Source of the DNA: Anaerolineales bacterium
GTDB taxonomy: Bacteria > Chloroflexota > Anaerolineae > Anaerolineales > UBA4823
Direction: 5' to 3'
NCBI GenBank assembly: GCA_046485135.1
Contig: JAWOHN010000044.1
Location: 14,231-78,230 of the forward strand
Length of the DNA: 64,000 nt
Shown here: in pieces, positions 38,395 through 47,518 of the stretch
How the letters are laid out: every line of letters starts with the position of its first letter
Numbering within the stretch: position 1 is the first letter of the stretch
Notes under the pieces: model-generated
The model's database searches: none
Told to the model about the DNA's origin: nothing
What the model saw: the letters and a program-made list of their open reading frames with translations, nothing else
Translations under genes and position numbers: made by a program

Positions 38395-38955
38395 ATGACC
38401 CATTTCTATACAGGAAAAGGAGATGACGGCTATACTGGCCTCTTGGGTGAGGGAAGAGTCCCCAAGTATCACCCGCGCACGGAGGCTGTTGGCGCATTGG
38501 ATGAGGCAACAGCAGCTTTGGGTATGGCGCGCGCGATCAGTGTATCTCCAGAAACTCAGGAAATGATCATTACCATCCAACAAGACCTATATGGCTTGAT
38601 GGCAGAAGTTGCAGCCACTGGGGATAATGCAGCTCGGTTCCGGGTCATCGATGCAGCGCGGGTGAGCTGGTTGGAGGATGTGACAGACGTTATCAGCTCA
38701 AAGGTTGAGATGCCGAATGAATTTATTTTGCCAGGAGATACGCTGGCGGGTGCTTCGATTGGTTTGTCGCGCACGATCGTGCGCCGAGCAGAACGGCGGG
38801 TGGCCGAGCTTATTCACAACGGAGTGATTGAAAATATAGAGCTGCTGCGTTACCTCAACCGTCTTTCTTCGCTTTGTTTTGTGCTTGAGTTATGGGAGAA
38901 CCAGCTCTCCGGTAAAGCTTCTCCAACGCTGGCAAAGAAGGATTCCCCGCATTGA
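38395..38955 (+). CDS. PduO-type ATP:cob(I)alamin adenosyltransferase
   Basis: N-terminus MTHFYTGKGDDGYTGLLG is the PduO/MMAB signature. ATG 38395 is preferred over the TTG at 38374. Confidence 0.85.
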   Translation: MTHFYTGKGDDGYTGLLGEGRVPKYHPRTEAVGALDEATAALGMARAISVSPETQEMIITIQQDLYGLMAEVAATGDNAARFRVIDAARVSWLEDVTDVISSKVEMPNEFILPGDTLAGASIGLSRTIVRRAERRVAELIHNGVIENIELLRYLNRLSSLCFVLELWENQLSGKASPTLAKKDSPH

Positions 38956-39707
38956 CCGGGACAATTATCAATATAATCACCGTGCTGGTTGGCGGCGCGT
39001 TAGGATTGCGTTTTGGGTCACGCCTGCCGGATCGAGTGCGCCAAACGGTGGTTGCAGGTTTGGGCCTATTTACTGCGGCAATTGGATTACAAATGTTTTT
39101 CAAAACCGGCAACGCCATTGTGGTTCTGATCAGCTTGTTGATTGGTGGTCTGCTCGGAGAGTGGTGGCGGATTGAGGATGGTCTGCGTGGATTGGGGGAA
39201 CTGTTGGAACGACGGTTTACAATAAACTCAGCTACCCAAGCTGTTGCTGATACCGGTGGGAATCCATTGAAGCTGACAGAAACAAATTTTATCAAAGGGT
39301 TTCTGACCGCTTCATTGCTCTTTTGCATCGGGCCGATGACAATTATTGGGTCCATCCAAGATGGTCTGACCGGCGATTACAGCTTGTTAGCCATCAAATC
39401 TGTACTGGATGGATTTGCCTCACTGGCTTTCGCCTCGAGTCTAGGTGTGGGAGTCCTGTTCTCAACCCTGGTCATCCTGGTCTATCAGGGGGGACTCAGT
39501 TTGTTAGCCTTTCAGGCTCAAGCATTGATCTCCCCCGAAATGATGAACGAATTAACTGCGGCGGGAGGAGTGCTCTTGTTAGGTGTTGCTATCAGTAGTT
39601 TGTTGGAAATCAAACCAATTCGAGTAGGCAATTTTCTTCCAGCCCTGCTCATTGCCCCGTTGATCATGGGAATATTGCAGGCAACCGGAATCGTTCTCAT
39701 CAATTGA
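38952..39707 (+). CDS. DUF554 family membrane protein
   Basis: (M)TGTIINIITVLVGGALG N-terminus and glycine-rich TM helices typical of DUF554. The TTG start overlaps the PduO stop. Confidence 0.65.
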   Translation: MTGTIINIITVLVGGALGLRFGSRLPDRVRQTVVAGLGLFTAAIGLQMFFKTGNAIVVLISLLIGGLLGEWWRIEDGLRGLGELLERRFTINSATQAVADTGGNPLKLTETNFIKGFLTASLLFCIGPMTIIGSIQDGLTGDYSLLAIKSVLDGFASLAFASSLGVGVLFSTLVILVYQGGLSLLAFQAQALISPEMMNELTAAGGVLLLGVAISSLLEIKPIRVGNFLPALLIAPLIMGILQATGIVLIN

Positions 39708-39732
39708 GAAAGTAAAACAGGGGCGTAACTAA

Positions 39733-39782
39733 AAAACCAAGCATGGGGGAGATGTTAAAGCACCTCCCCCATGCTTGGTTTT
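39733..39782. terminator. Bidirectional rho-independent terminator between convergent genes
   Basis: Perfect 19-nt inverted repeat: the left arm aaaaccaagcatgggggag is the exact reverse complement of the right arm ctcccccatgcttggtttt (12-nt loop atgttaaagcac), so the A-run and T-run form the outer ends of the arms and can act as a U-tract on either strand. Confidence 0.85.
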
Positions 39783-39784
39783 AA

Positions 39785-40534
39785 TTATGATTGCGCTGCT
39801 AAAACGGCATCAAACGCCTCTTGAAGTTGCTCAAAGGTAGGCACAAAACCGGGGGCGATCTGAGTGCCATTAACAAATACAGAGGGTGTACCGGTAATGC
39901 CTAGCTGCTGTCCAGCGGTAATATCAGCCGTGATCTCACTTTGAAAACGGTTTTCTCGTAAACAAGCGCTGAAGGTATCAACATCCATATCGAGTTCTTC
40001 AGCAAATGCGATCAGGCGGCGATCGGTGAAAGAACCAGCATTGACACCTAGCACGTTGGCAAACACCATATCATGGTAGTCCCAAAACCGGTCTTGTTCC
40101 GCTGCACACATACTTGCGCTGGCAGATTGTTTGGACTCGTTGGTCCCCCGGTCAAGAATGGGGAAATGTCGATAGATCACATAAACCTGACCGGTTGCCA
40201 CATACTGAGCCGTGACCAACGGCTCTACCTGTTTGGCAAACAAATTACAGGCAGAGCATTGGAAATCCGAATAGACCTCCATTACGATGGGTGCATTCGG
40301 ATCGCCCATATTCCTGCCCTCTGCCATAGGTCTTGGCTCGGGAGTGATTGGGTTGATCTGCCCTACCGGTGCGGTTGCGTCGCGGATCGATGGTCCCACA
40401 GCCAGGGCCAGGATCACCAAAGCAGCGCCACCGATGAGCAAAAACACAATCAGGCGTTGGCGAATTTGAGCCTGGCGCCTTTTCTGGCGTATTTCCTCTT
40501 TACGGCTGAGTTCTTTACGTTTCGGTTTATTCAT
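39785..40534 (-). CDS. DsbA-family thiol:disulfide oxidoreductase, membrane-anchored
   Basis: Thioredoxin-fold CSAC active site; N-terminal basic region plus TM helix. ATG 40534 has a GGAG SD (track start 40609). Confidence 0.8.
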   Translation of the reverse strand: MNKPKRKELSRKEEIRQKRRQAQIRQRLIVFLLIGGAALVILALAVGPSIRDATAPVGQINPITPEPRPMAEGRNMGDPNAPIVMEVYSDFQCSACNLFAKQVEPLVTAQYVATGQVYVIYRHFPILDRGTNESKQSASASMCAAEQDRFWDYHDMVFANVLGVNAGSFTDRRLIAFAEELDMDVDTFSACLRENRFQSEITADITAGQQLGITGTPSVFVNGTQIAPGFVPTFEQLQEAFDAVLAAQS

Positions 40535-40690
40535 GTAAGTGAATCTCCACATATTATAGAATATGCAAATTGTGCCATAAGAGACAAGATTTGTCCATGC
40601 TAATTCCATCTAACTTTAGCACACAAACTCAAGTTACCGTGAAGAACTCGGGAATTGCATCCAAAAAATTTCCCTTGCCCCAAATTTATG

Positions 40691-41551
40691 TTATTCGATT
40701 TGGTACAGATACACTGGATATTGTTCGCTGGTTTCCCGAAAGCCCGCTTTTAAGTATAAGCTTAGCGAGGCATGATTATCTTGTTGTGTATTCACAGTCA
40801 CTCGCTGGGCGCCTCTACGCTTAAACTGGCTTATGGTGTCGAGGACCAGGCTAAATCCGATACCTTTGCCCTGCTGTTCAGGATCTACTGCCAGGCGCGC
40901 CAGGTGACCTCCCATTGGACTGGCTGTGCTAATCTGGTATCCCACCAGACCATCATCATCCTCTGCCACAGTGGCAACAGCCGCTTGTTGAAACGCCAAC
41001 TTAAGCGATTCAAGCGAATTGCGCCATAACGGTCCAAATGCAGCTTCATCTAGCTTCTCAACCACCGAAAGATCATCTTGATTCATAGTGCGCAACAGCC
41101 AGGAATGCTCTGTGATTAAAGGTATGCGGTTGCCATGTTCCCATAAAAGCATCTTGACATCCGTGACATGCTGGAACCCACTGGTTTCCAATAATGTGTG
41201 GAACCATTGCTGGAGCGGGATGGCAGCGATAACCATTTCAGGCGTCTGGGATAACCATGCCCGAGCTGCAGGCCATAGGAGGTTCCAAGCATCTTCGATA
41301 TCAACTTCAGCTGAGACCGCAAACAAACGTATCCATGCAATCTCAGGTGGATCAGGAGGAGACACTAATGTAGCCACCAGTTTGCCATTTTGTTCCGCCA
41401 CCAAGCAAGGGGAAAAACCAACCCATTCCAACGGAGCTCGCCAATCAAGGTGGCGGTGGACATGGGTTTCAAAATGGATCAAGTTAGCCAGTAGCTTTTT
41501 ATCTTTTTCTACTACCGGCCGTATAGAGATAGTTTTTTCGGATTGGATCAC
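40691..41551 (-). CDS. GNAT-family N-acetyltransferase (tandem GNAT-like domains)
   Basis: The C-terminal half has the acetyl-CoA motif LAVDPEQQGKGIG; GTG start. Confidence 0.7.
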   Translation of the reverse strand: MIQSEKTISIRPVVEKDKKLLANLIHFETHVHRHLDWRAPLEWVGFSPCLVAEQNGKLVATLVSPPDPPEIAWIRLFAVSAEVDIEDAWNLLWPAARAWLSQTPEMVIAAIPLQQWFHTLLETSGFQHVTDVKMLLWEHGNRIPLITEHSWLLRTMNQDDLSVVEKLDEAAFGPLWRNSLESLKLAFQQAAVATVAEDDDGLVGYQISTASPMGGHLARLAVDPEQQGKGIGFSLVLDTISQFKRRGAQRVTVNTQQDNHASLSLYLKAGFRETSEQYPVYLYQIE

Positions 41552-41594
41552 AGGCGTTCACACAGGTATACAGCAGTCCAGACAGGTCTACCGG

Positions 41595-42143
41595 CTATTT
41601 GGTTTTGGTTAAGAACTTAATTGGCAAATCCGTAAACATCTTTAGAAAACGTCGCCTGAGACTGGTCTTGCCACCTTCTTCAAACCCCGCATTAAGATTA
41701 GCCAGGCCTTCAAAGCTGCGACCGCTTTTAAACTGCAAGGTCGAAAGCGATTGGAGAACTGGCGCTCGTAATTCGTGCTCGCCGATCTCTTTGAAGAGTT
41801 GGTCGGCATTCTCGTACACTCGGATAGCTTCCTCAATCCGGTTTAAGCTCTCCAAGGCAGCTGCAGTATTCCCCAACGCCATCGCTTGCCGGCGTGTATC
41901 TCCAGCCATTTCAAAAACCACATCGGTACCCTGCGCAGCCTGAAGGGCAGCTTCGTTGTCTCCCGCTTTGAGCAAGGCAACACTGAGATTGTTTGCCATT
42001 TCGGCTGCTTGTAATTCTTGCTTAAGCGCTCGATATCCTTCAGCTGCCGCTGAAAAATATTCAGCTGCTTCCGCAAATTTTCCTTTTTGGAAGGCATTCT
42101 TTCCCATTTGGTCCAATTCATCTGGACGGTAAGTATCATTCAT
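41595..42143 (-). CDS. TPR repeat protein
   Basis: Repeated 34-aa A/L/Y-rich helical pairs (FQKGKFAEAAEYF, NNLSVALLKAGDNEAAL, and others). Confidence 0.65.
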   Translation of the reverse strand: MNDTYRPDELDQMGKNAFQKGKFAEAAEYFSAAAEGYRALKQELQAAEMANNLSVALLKAGDNEAALQAAQGTDVVFEMAGDTRRQAMALGNTAAALESLNRIEEAIRVYENADQLFKEIGEHELRAPVLQSLSTLQFKSGRSFEGLANLNAGFEEGGKTSLRRRFLKMFTDLPIKFLTKTK

Positions 42144-42841
42144 AACGTTATTTCCAATAATCCTTCAGCAACAGCACGCAATTTTTCTACAGACATCTCA
42201 CTTAAGCGTTTGGCCAATTCAATATAGGGGCGATTGACCGGCAAGCAAACAAAAGCCTGCAATTCAGGCGGTAATTCCAGGATTTCTCGCACGACCGTCT
42301 GCTGCTTGACCCATTGCCCAACCGGCCCGTGCTTGTCCTGGAAATCTTTCAGGGATTGCCCATAGAAATGCGCGCAAGCTTCCAAAAACGGCACTGGAAT
42401 CGGTTTTTCCCCCAGCTCATACGCATCCAACAGGCCAACTTCCACACCCATCTCATCAGCAACACTCTCCAGATCCAGCCCAGCTTGTAGACGGGCTTTT
42501 TTAACCATAACGCCGATGATGCGTTGGCGCAGAAACACAAGCTGTTCTGGTTTGTATTGCTGACCAGGCTTATTGGGATCACCAACCAACCCATCCCCAT
42601 AAAAGTGCTCCAAGGGTATATTCAAAGAATATGCCAGTAGCTCAGTTTGTGGGAGTGAGGGTGATGTCTCACCCAGCTCAAAACTCTCGTATTCTTCCGG
42701 TGAGATTCCCAGGAGATCAGCGCATTCAGATGTACTCTTACCAGCTTTCTGTCTGGCTGCGCGCATCAAGACAGCCAGCTTCTTTGCCCGGATCGACATT
42801 GCTAATGTATTATTTGTCATTTCACTCTCGTTTCCATGCAA
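42140..42841 (-). CDS. XRE-family transcriptional regulator with two helix-turn-helix domains
   Basis: LMRAARQKAGKSTSECADLLGISPEEYESFELG and VKKARLQAGLDLESVADEMGVEVGLLDAYELG are two Cro/C1-type HTH units. Confidence 0.7.
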   Translation of the reverse strand: MHGNESEMTNNTLAMSIRAKKLAVLMRAARQKAGKSTSECADLLGISPEEYESFELGETSPSLPQTELLAYSLNIPLEHFYGDGLVGDPNKPGQQYKPEQLVFLRQRIIGVMVKKARLQAGLDLESVADEMGVEVGLLDAYELGEKPIPVPFLEACAHFYGQSLKDFQDKHGPVGQWVKQQTVVREILELPPELQAFVCLPVNRPYIELAKRLSEMSVEKLRAVAEGLLEITL

Positions 42842-42929
42842 ATTATAGCAGAATAGCGAGGATTGATTATTCAGGCTCTGCAGGTGTTGCCTTAGAAGAT
42901 CCCTTCACAATGATTCTGTTCAAGCAAAC

Positions 42930-43235
42930 CTAATTGCCAACAAAATCATCGTCCTGGATCAAGTCCTCATCAGGGAGAATCCAAACCAATTGATCCCGGT
43001 TGATCAAGAGAAAATGGGATCGATAAAGAATCTCACCGCTATCGCTATAGACCAAGACATTGGTAACAGGCAAAAACTGGAGCCCTCCATCCAGCTCGTC
43101 TTTTAAACGTTTGCCAAGGCCTACGTGAACATCTCCATGCAAACGGTGATCTGTCGTCTGGATGGTTACCGAGGTAGGTTTTTTTGAGATGTATTGTGAA
43201 GAAAACTCTGTTTGATCGTCGATCTGAGCAGCCAT
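42930..43235 (-). CDS. Hypothetical small protein (101 aa)
   Basis: ORF with strong SD AAAGGAG; no motif recognised. Confidence 0.45.
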   Translation of the reverse strand: MAAQIDDQTEFSSQYISKKPTSVTIQTTDHRLHGDVHVGLGKRLKDELDGGLQFLPVTNVLVYSDSGEILYRSHFLLINRDQLVWILPDEDLIQDDDFVGN

Positions 43236-43300
43236 GGCTTACTCCTTTTCAAGAAATTGCTAGTTGTGAAAAAATTGGTTATGAGTACGGCTGATACCGT

Positions 43301-44002
43301 TCAATTCGATTCCTGGAGAGGCGGCATCGTATACCCTAATCCAGGCCGTGTGACAATATGAATTGGATTTTTAGGATCTTCCTCCAGCTTTTGTCTCAAA
43401 CGTGAAATACTCACCCACAGGATTTCTTTATCATCCCGGTATTCCGATCCCCAGACGTCGCTCAAGAGTTGCTCTGAAGGCAAAATCCGCGCCAGGTTCC
43501 GCGCCAATTGCAGGAGCAAACGGTATTCTGTAGCCGAAAGGAAGATCATTTTATCGTCTCTAAATACCTCTGCCCGGGCAAAATCGATACGCAGGCTGCC
43601 GTGGGTGAATATCGGTTGCTGGAAGACGCTGCCAGAGTTCTGCGCCCGGCGAAGCACAGAACGTACCCTGGCTAAGAGCTCCGTGGCAGAGAAAGGTTTG
43701 ACGATATAATCGTCCGCTCCTAGATCGAGCCCTTTGACTCGATCGCGTTCCTCACCTTTGGCAGTCACAACGATGATGGGAACATTTGAGAATTCACGGA
43801 TGCGCTCGCAAGCGACGAAGCCATCTACACCTGGCATCATGATATCCAGCAAAACCAGGTCAGGGTGGCTCTCAGCCACAATTTCAACTGCTTCCTGACC
43901 ATTCAAGGCTTTTAAGACCTGATATCCCTCGGACGTCAGATTCGCTTCCATTAAGCGGACATAACGAGGCTCATCATCTACAACCAAAATGGTGGTGCTC
44001 AT
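43301..44002 (-). CDS. OmpR/PhoB-family response regulator
   Basis: REC domain (ILVVDDEP...LVLLDIMMPGVDG...VVTAKG...KPF) plus a winged-helix C-terminus (LSATEYRLL...VTRPGLGY). Confidence 0.9.
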   Translation of the reverse strand: MSTTILVVDDEPRYVRLMEANLTSEGYQVLKALNGQEAVEIVAESHPDLVLLDIMMPGVDGFVACERIREFSNVPIIVVTAKGEERDRVKGLDLGADDYIVKPFSATELLARVRSVLRRAQNSGSVFQQPIFTHGSLRIDFARAEVFRDDKMIFLSATEYRLLLQLARNLARILPSEQLLSDVWGSEYRDDKEILWVSISRLRQKLEEDPKNPIHIVTRPGLGYTMPPLQESN

Positions 44003-45282
44003 GTAGGTTTCTCCTCCAGAGATAGGCTGGTAACCGGTTTCAACTGGGTTAAGGGCAAAACGATATGAAATGTAGTTCCCTCTCCAAGCGTAGATCGCAC
44101 ACTGATCTCCCCACCGTGCGCCTGGATAATCTGCCGGCAGATGAACAGGCCCAAGCCTGTGCCGCGCACGCTGGTATTACCGTCCGGAACACGATAAAAA
44201 CGCTTGAAAAGATGCTCTATATGTTCTTGAGAAATCCCAGGCCCTTTATCCTTCACCTCAATAAAAGCTTTATCCAGGCTGGCGTCCAGGTAAATCGTAA
44301 TTGGAGACCCAGGTGCGTATTTCAGTGCATTAGCCAACAGGTTATCAATGACCTGAGCCAGCCTACCCGGATCCGCCGTGCAGCGCACGTTGGACTTAGC
44401 AAAGTCCAGGATGATTGGGTTGGATTCACTGCTGGAATTGACCCGCACACAAATATCTCGTATCAGAGAGTCCAGTCGCATCGGTTGAAAATGCAAGCGC
44501 AGGGTCCCCGATTGAAGCCGAGAAGAATCCAGCAAGTTATCGATCAACTCACGTAGTTTATCGGCTTCTTCATCGATATATGCCAAAAACTCCCGGGTAG
44601 TCTCTGCATCCCAGCTGATATCTTCCCGCAGCAGGGTTGTTGCATACCCTTTGATAAACCCCAAGGGGGTACAAAGTTCATGAGAAACCGTAGCAATAAA
44701 GTCATGTTGGAGACGATCCAAGCGGCGCTCTGCTTCCAGCTTGGCTATTTGATCCACAAGTTGTTTGTGCCCCAGGAGTTGGGCGATGTGCACAGCAATG
44801 AACTCAGCCAGGTTGATTTGTTCCGCAGTGTATGGCGGCCCGCCAAACCTGCCAAAAACCAGCACGCCCATGGTCATCTCCCCCAAGCGCAACGGCAGCC
44901 CCAGGAAGAAACGCTGTTTTAAGCGATTTGTTTGCCAGCCTTCCTGCTCTTCCTGCCTTAACAACGTTTGAGCAGTGGTGAAAACATGGTTGGCGATTGC
45001 CTCGCCCCAGGCCAGATCACCATCCGATGACTGGCCGCGCCCAATGACCTTGGCATAAACCGGCTCTAGCAAGTCTCCGGAAGAGGGTAAATACAATAAT
45101 ATGGTATCAAAAATGAACACCGGGCGAGCTATCTTGGTGATATCTTCAAGGGCAGATTCGATGGATGCGGAGGTGGCAACAGCATGACTGATGGCGTAAA
45201 CCGCCTCCAACTCCCTTGGGCGCAGATGACCTGTATTGGTTTTATCTTTATACTTGGTTGTTGTTTGCATTGGGTAGGACAA
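43999..45282 (-). CDS. GAF-domain sensor histidine kinase
   Basis: H-box VSHELCTPLGFIKGY; HATPase motifs DKGPGI and GTGLGLFI. TTG start at 45282 or ATG at 45270. The stop overlaps the RR start. Confidence 0.85.
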   Translation of the reverse strand: MSYPMQTTTKYKDKTNTGHLRPRELEAVYAISHAVATSASIESALEDITKIARPVFIFDTILLYLPSSGDLLEPVYAKVIGRGQSSDGDLAWGEAIANHVFTTAQTLLRQEEQEGWQTNRLKQRFFLGLPLRLGEMTMGVLVFGRFGGPPYTAEQINLAEFIAVHIAQLLGHKQLVDQIAKLEAERRLDRLQHDFIATVSHELCTPLGFIKGYATTLLREDISWDAETTREFLAYIDEEADKLRELIDNLLDSSRLQSGTLRLHFQPMRLDSLIRDICVRVNSSSESNPIILDFAKSNVRCTADPGRLAQVIDNLLANALKYAPGSPITIYLDASLDKAFIEVKDKGPGISQEHIEHLFKRFYRVPDGNTSVRGTGLGLFICRQIIQAHGGEISVRSTLGEGTTFHIVLPLTQLKPVTSLSLEEKPT

Positions 45283-46405
45283 ATTCGAAAACTGAACCGC
45301 GTTCTTTTGCCGATTTTACATTGATCATCGAACCATGCGCTTCTACGATTTGCTTCACCAGGGCCAGACCCAGACCGGTGCCATTGAATCGGCGTGTGCT
45401 GGAGCTATCCAGTTGGTGAAATGGCTCGAAAATTTCCTCAACTCGGTGGCTGGGGATGCCAATACCGGTATCCATAATGCCGATCCGTACCATTTCCTGC
45501 TCCGGTTCTGCTCTTACACAGACCGTTCCACCGGAGGGGGTAAATTTTATAGCGTTATCTAAAAGCTGCAACAGCACCCAGGAAATTTTCTCCTCATCAG
45601 CGTAAACAGGGTGTAGATCTCCCGCTAAATCCACCTGCAGAGCTATCTGCTTCGCTTCCGCTCGCGGAACTGAACGTTGAACAGCCTTATCGATTATACC
45701 AGGCAGGTCAACCGGAGCCAGTTTCAATGTGAATTCACCGCTTGCTGCCTGGGAAAATTGGATCAAGTCATTGATCAACTTTTCAAGACGTTCTTCAGCT
45801 CGATCGATCACACTGAGAGCATCTGCTTGCATGTTCGTCAACTCTCCCAGGCTTCCATCGCTCAACAAGGTCAGGTAACCTTTTATATGGGTCAGCGGTG
45901 TGCGTAGTTCATGAGAAATATTTGATATAAAATCCGATTTCAGGCGGCTAAGCTGTGATAGCTTGCTGAGCGCGTTCTGAAGGTCGATGGTCCGTTCCTG
46001 GACCCGTTGCTCTAGGCGGCGATTAGCCTGCTGCAACGCATCTTGGAGTTGTAAGATCTGTTCGGTAATAGCCTGGTCGAGGGTCTCACGATCCACGAAA
46101 CCAAGCTCCAGTAACACCTGACCTAATAAGAGAGGCCGCCCTTGCTTAACTTGAACCTGCTGAAAATCAAGAGCATCATTGAGCTTGTCGTTGCTCAAGA
46201 AACCCTTTTCTAGCAGATAATCTCCCAGGCGTGGCACGAGCATTTCCGGCGCCACCGGCGCCCCAGAAATCTCGGGGTTTGCATCAGCCAGGTGCCTTCC
46301 CACCAACATCAGCGCCAGAGCAAGATCTATTCCGCATTCCTGGCAATGCTGTGTGGTCGGATCAACACGTTGCCCACATATAGGACAAGGCACATCTTTA
46401 GACAT
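45248..46405 (-). CDS. Histidine kinase with N-terminal zinc-ribbon and an MshEN/T2SSE_N-type (predicted c-di-GMP-binding) domain
   Basis: CPICGQ...CQECG; RLGDYLLEKGFLSNDKLNDALDFQ and LLGQVLLELGFVDRETLDQAITEQ; H-box ISHELRTPLTHIKGY; DTGIGI and GTGLGLAL. Confidence 0.8.
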   Translation of the reverse strand: MSKDVPCPICGQRVDPTTQHCQECGIDLALALMLVGRHLADANPEISGAPVAPEMLVPRLGDYLLEKGFLSNDKLNDALDFQQVQVKQGRPLLLGQVLLELGFVDRETLDQAITEQILQLQDALQQANRRLEQRVQERTIDLQNALSKLSQLSRLKSDFISNISHELRTPLTHIKGYLTLLSDGSLGELTNMQADALSVIDRAEERLEKLINDLIQFSQAASGEFTLKLAPVDLPGIIDKAVQRSVPRAEAKQIALQVDLAGDLHPVYADEEKISWVLLQLLDNAIKFTPSGGTVCVRAEPEQEMVRIGIMDTGIGIPSHRVEEIFEPFHQLDSSSTRRFNGTGLGLALVKQIVEAHGSMINVKSAKERGSVFEFVLPNANNNQV

Positions 46406-46798
46406 TTATCCTCAAAAAGGTCACCACAATCTATCCAAACCCAGCCGTAGCTATCCACGCAAATCTGGTTAGCTCTGCCAGCACACCAACACAGTAAAAA
46501 AAAGAGAGAAATTGTAAATTTGATCAACAACCTGTTAATAATAATATACTCAGTTTCCTGAGAAAGCAAGTCAAAACCAGGTCCTTCTAGGCGGATTTCG
46601 ATCAGACGCATGTTGATCCATCTAGTGGTTGCTTGAAGAAACAGACTCAACCAAGCCAGTTATGCCAGCAATTTTCAGTAAGGTTGTAAAGTGTTTGTAA
46701 GGTAAATTGGCTAAGTTTTGGGGCATAATCACAACAGCAGGACATATTGAAATGGAAAAGTTGGCAAATTAGTCCATCCCAGAGATCAACCAAACAAT

Positions 46799-47218
46799 AT
46801 GGTAAACAAGAAGATAACGCGCGTCTTAGTTTTAGGAGAAGATAACACAACCACCGACCTGCTCAAAATGACACTCAGGCCTGGGCTTTACGAGATTATT
46901 TGTGTGAGCTCCGTTGAAGATGTTTACGAAGCTATAAAAACTCACAATCCCCAACTCATTATCTTGGATATAATTATTCAAAACAATAATGAAGTGCTTA
47001 TGTGCAAAAGGATCCGCGAGTTCAGCAAGGCTCCTATCCTGGTGTTGTCAGCCATCAAAAAACCGGACATTGTAGCAAGCTTTTTAGATGGAGGAGCCGA
47101 CGGATTTTTATCCAAGCCTGTCCCCAACGAGATCCTGGTTGCGCAGATCAACAACCTGACCCGGCGCGCTGGTTTTGAAAGGGAGGCCGCCGCCGCGAAC
47201 TGTTATGAAGAGGTATGA
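46799..47218 (+). CDS. Stand-alone response-regulator receiver protein
   Basis: VLVLGED...LIILDIII...VLSA...LSKP receiver pattern; no output domain. Confidence 0.7.
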   Translation: MVNKKITRVLVLGEDNTTTDLLKMTLRPGLYEIICVSSVEDVYEAIKTHNPQLIILDIIIQNNNEVLMCKRIREFSKAPILVLSAIKKPDIVASFLDGGADGFLSKPVPNEILVAQINNLTRRAGFEREAAAANCYEEV

Positions 47219-47221
47219 ATC

Positions 47222-47518
47222 GTGCAAAACTGCTCAGTATGCAACGCTCAATCTCCAGATTCAGCCAGACACTGCAGCAACTGTCAGGCTGATTTGCGAG
47301 AATTCTCCACTACCAGCGTGGCGCTAAAACGTATCCAAAACAACTCGCGAGTTGAAAGCGTAATCCTATCTGTTGCGGCAGATGCCTGCCCTGCCTGCCA
47401 AAAATATCAGGGGGGGTATGCGAAAGATGAAGCGCCGGTTTTACCCATTCAGGGCTGTTCCCATCCGAACGGCTGTCGCTGTTTTTACCAGCCTGTATTA
47501 TCGGATATCTATCCCTGA
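47222..47518 (+). CDS. Zinc-ribbon protein with a Cys/His-rich C-terminus
   Basis: CSVCN...CSNCQ ribbon; CPACQ...GCSHPNGCRC. GTG start 3 nt after the upstream stop. Confidence 0.5.
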   Translation: MQNCSVCNAQSPDSARHCSNCQADLREFSTTSVALKRIQNNSRVESVILSVAADACPACQKYQGGYAKDEAPVLPIQGCSHPNGCRCFYQPVLSDIYP

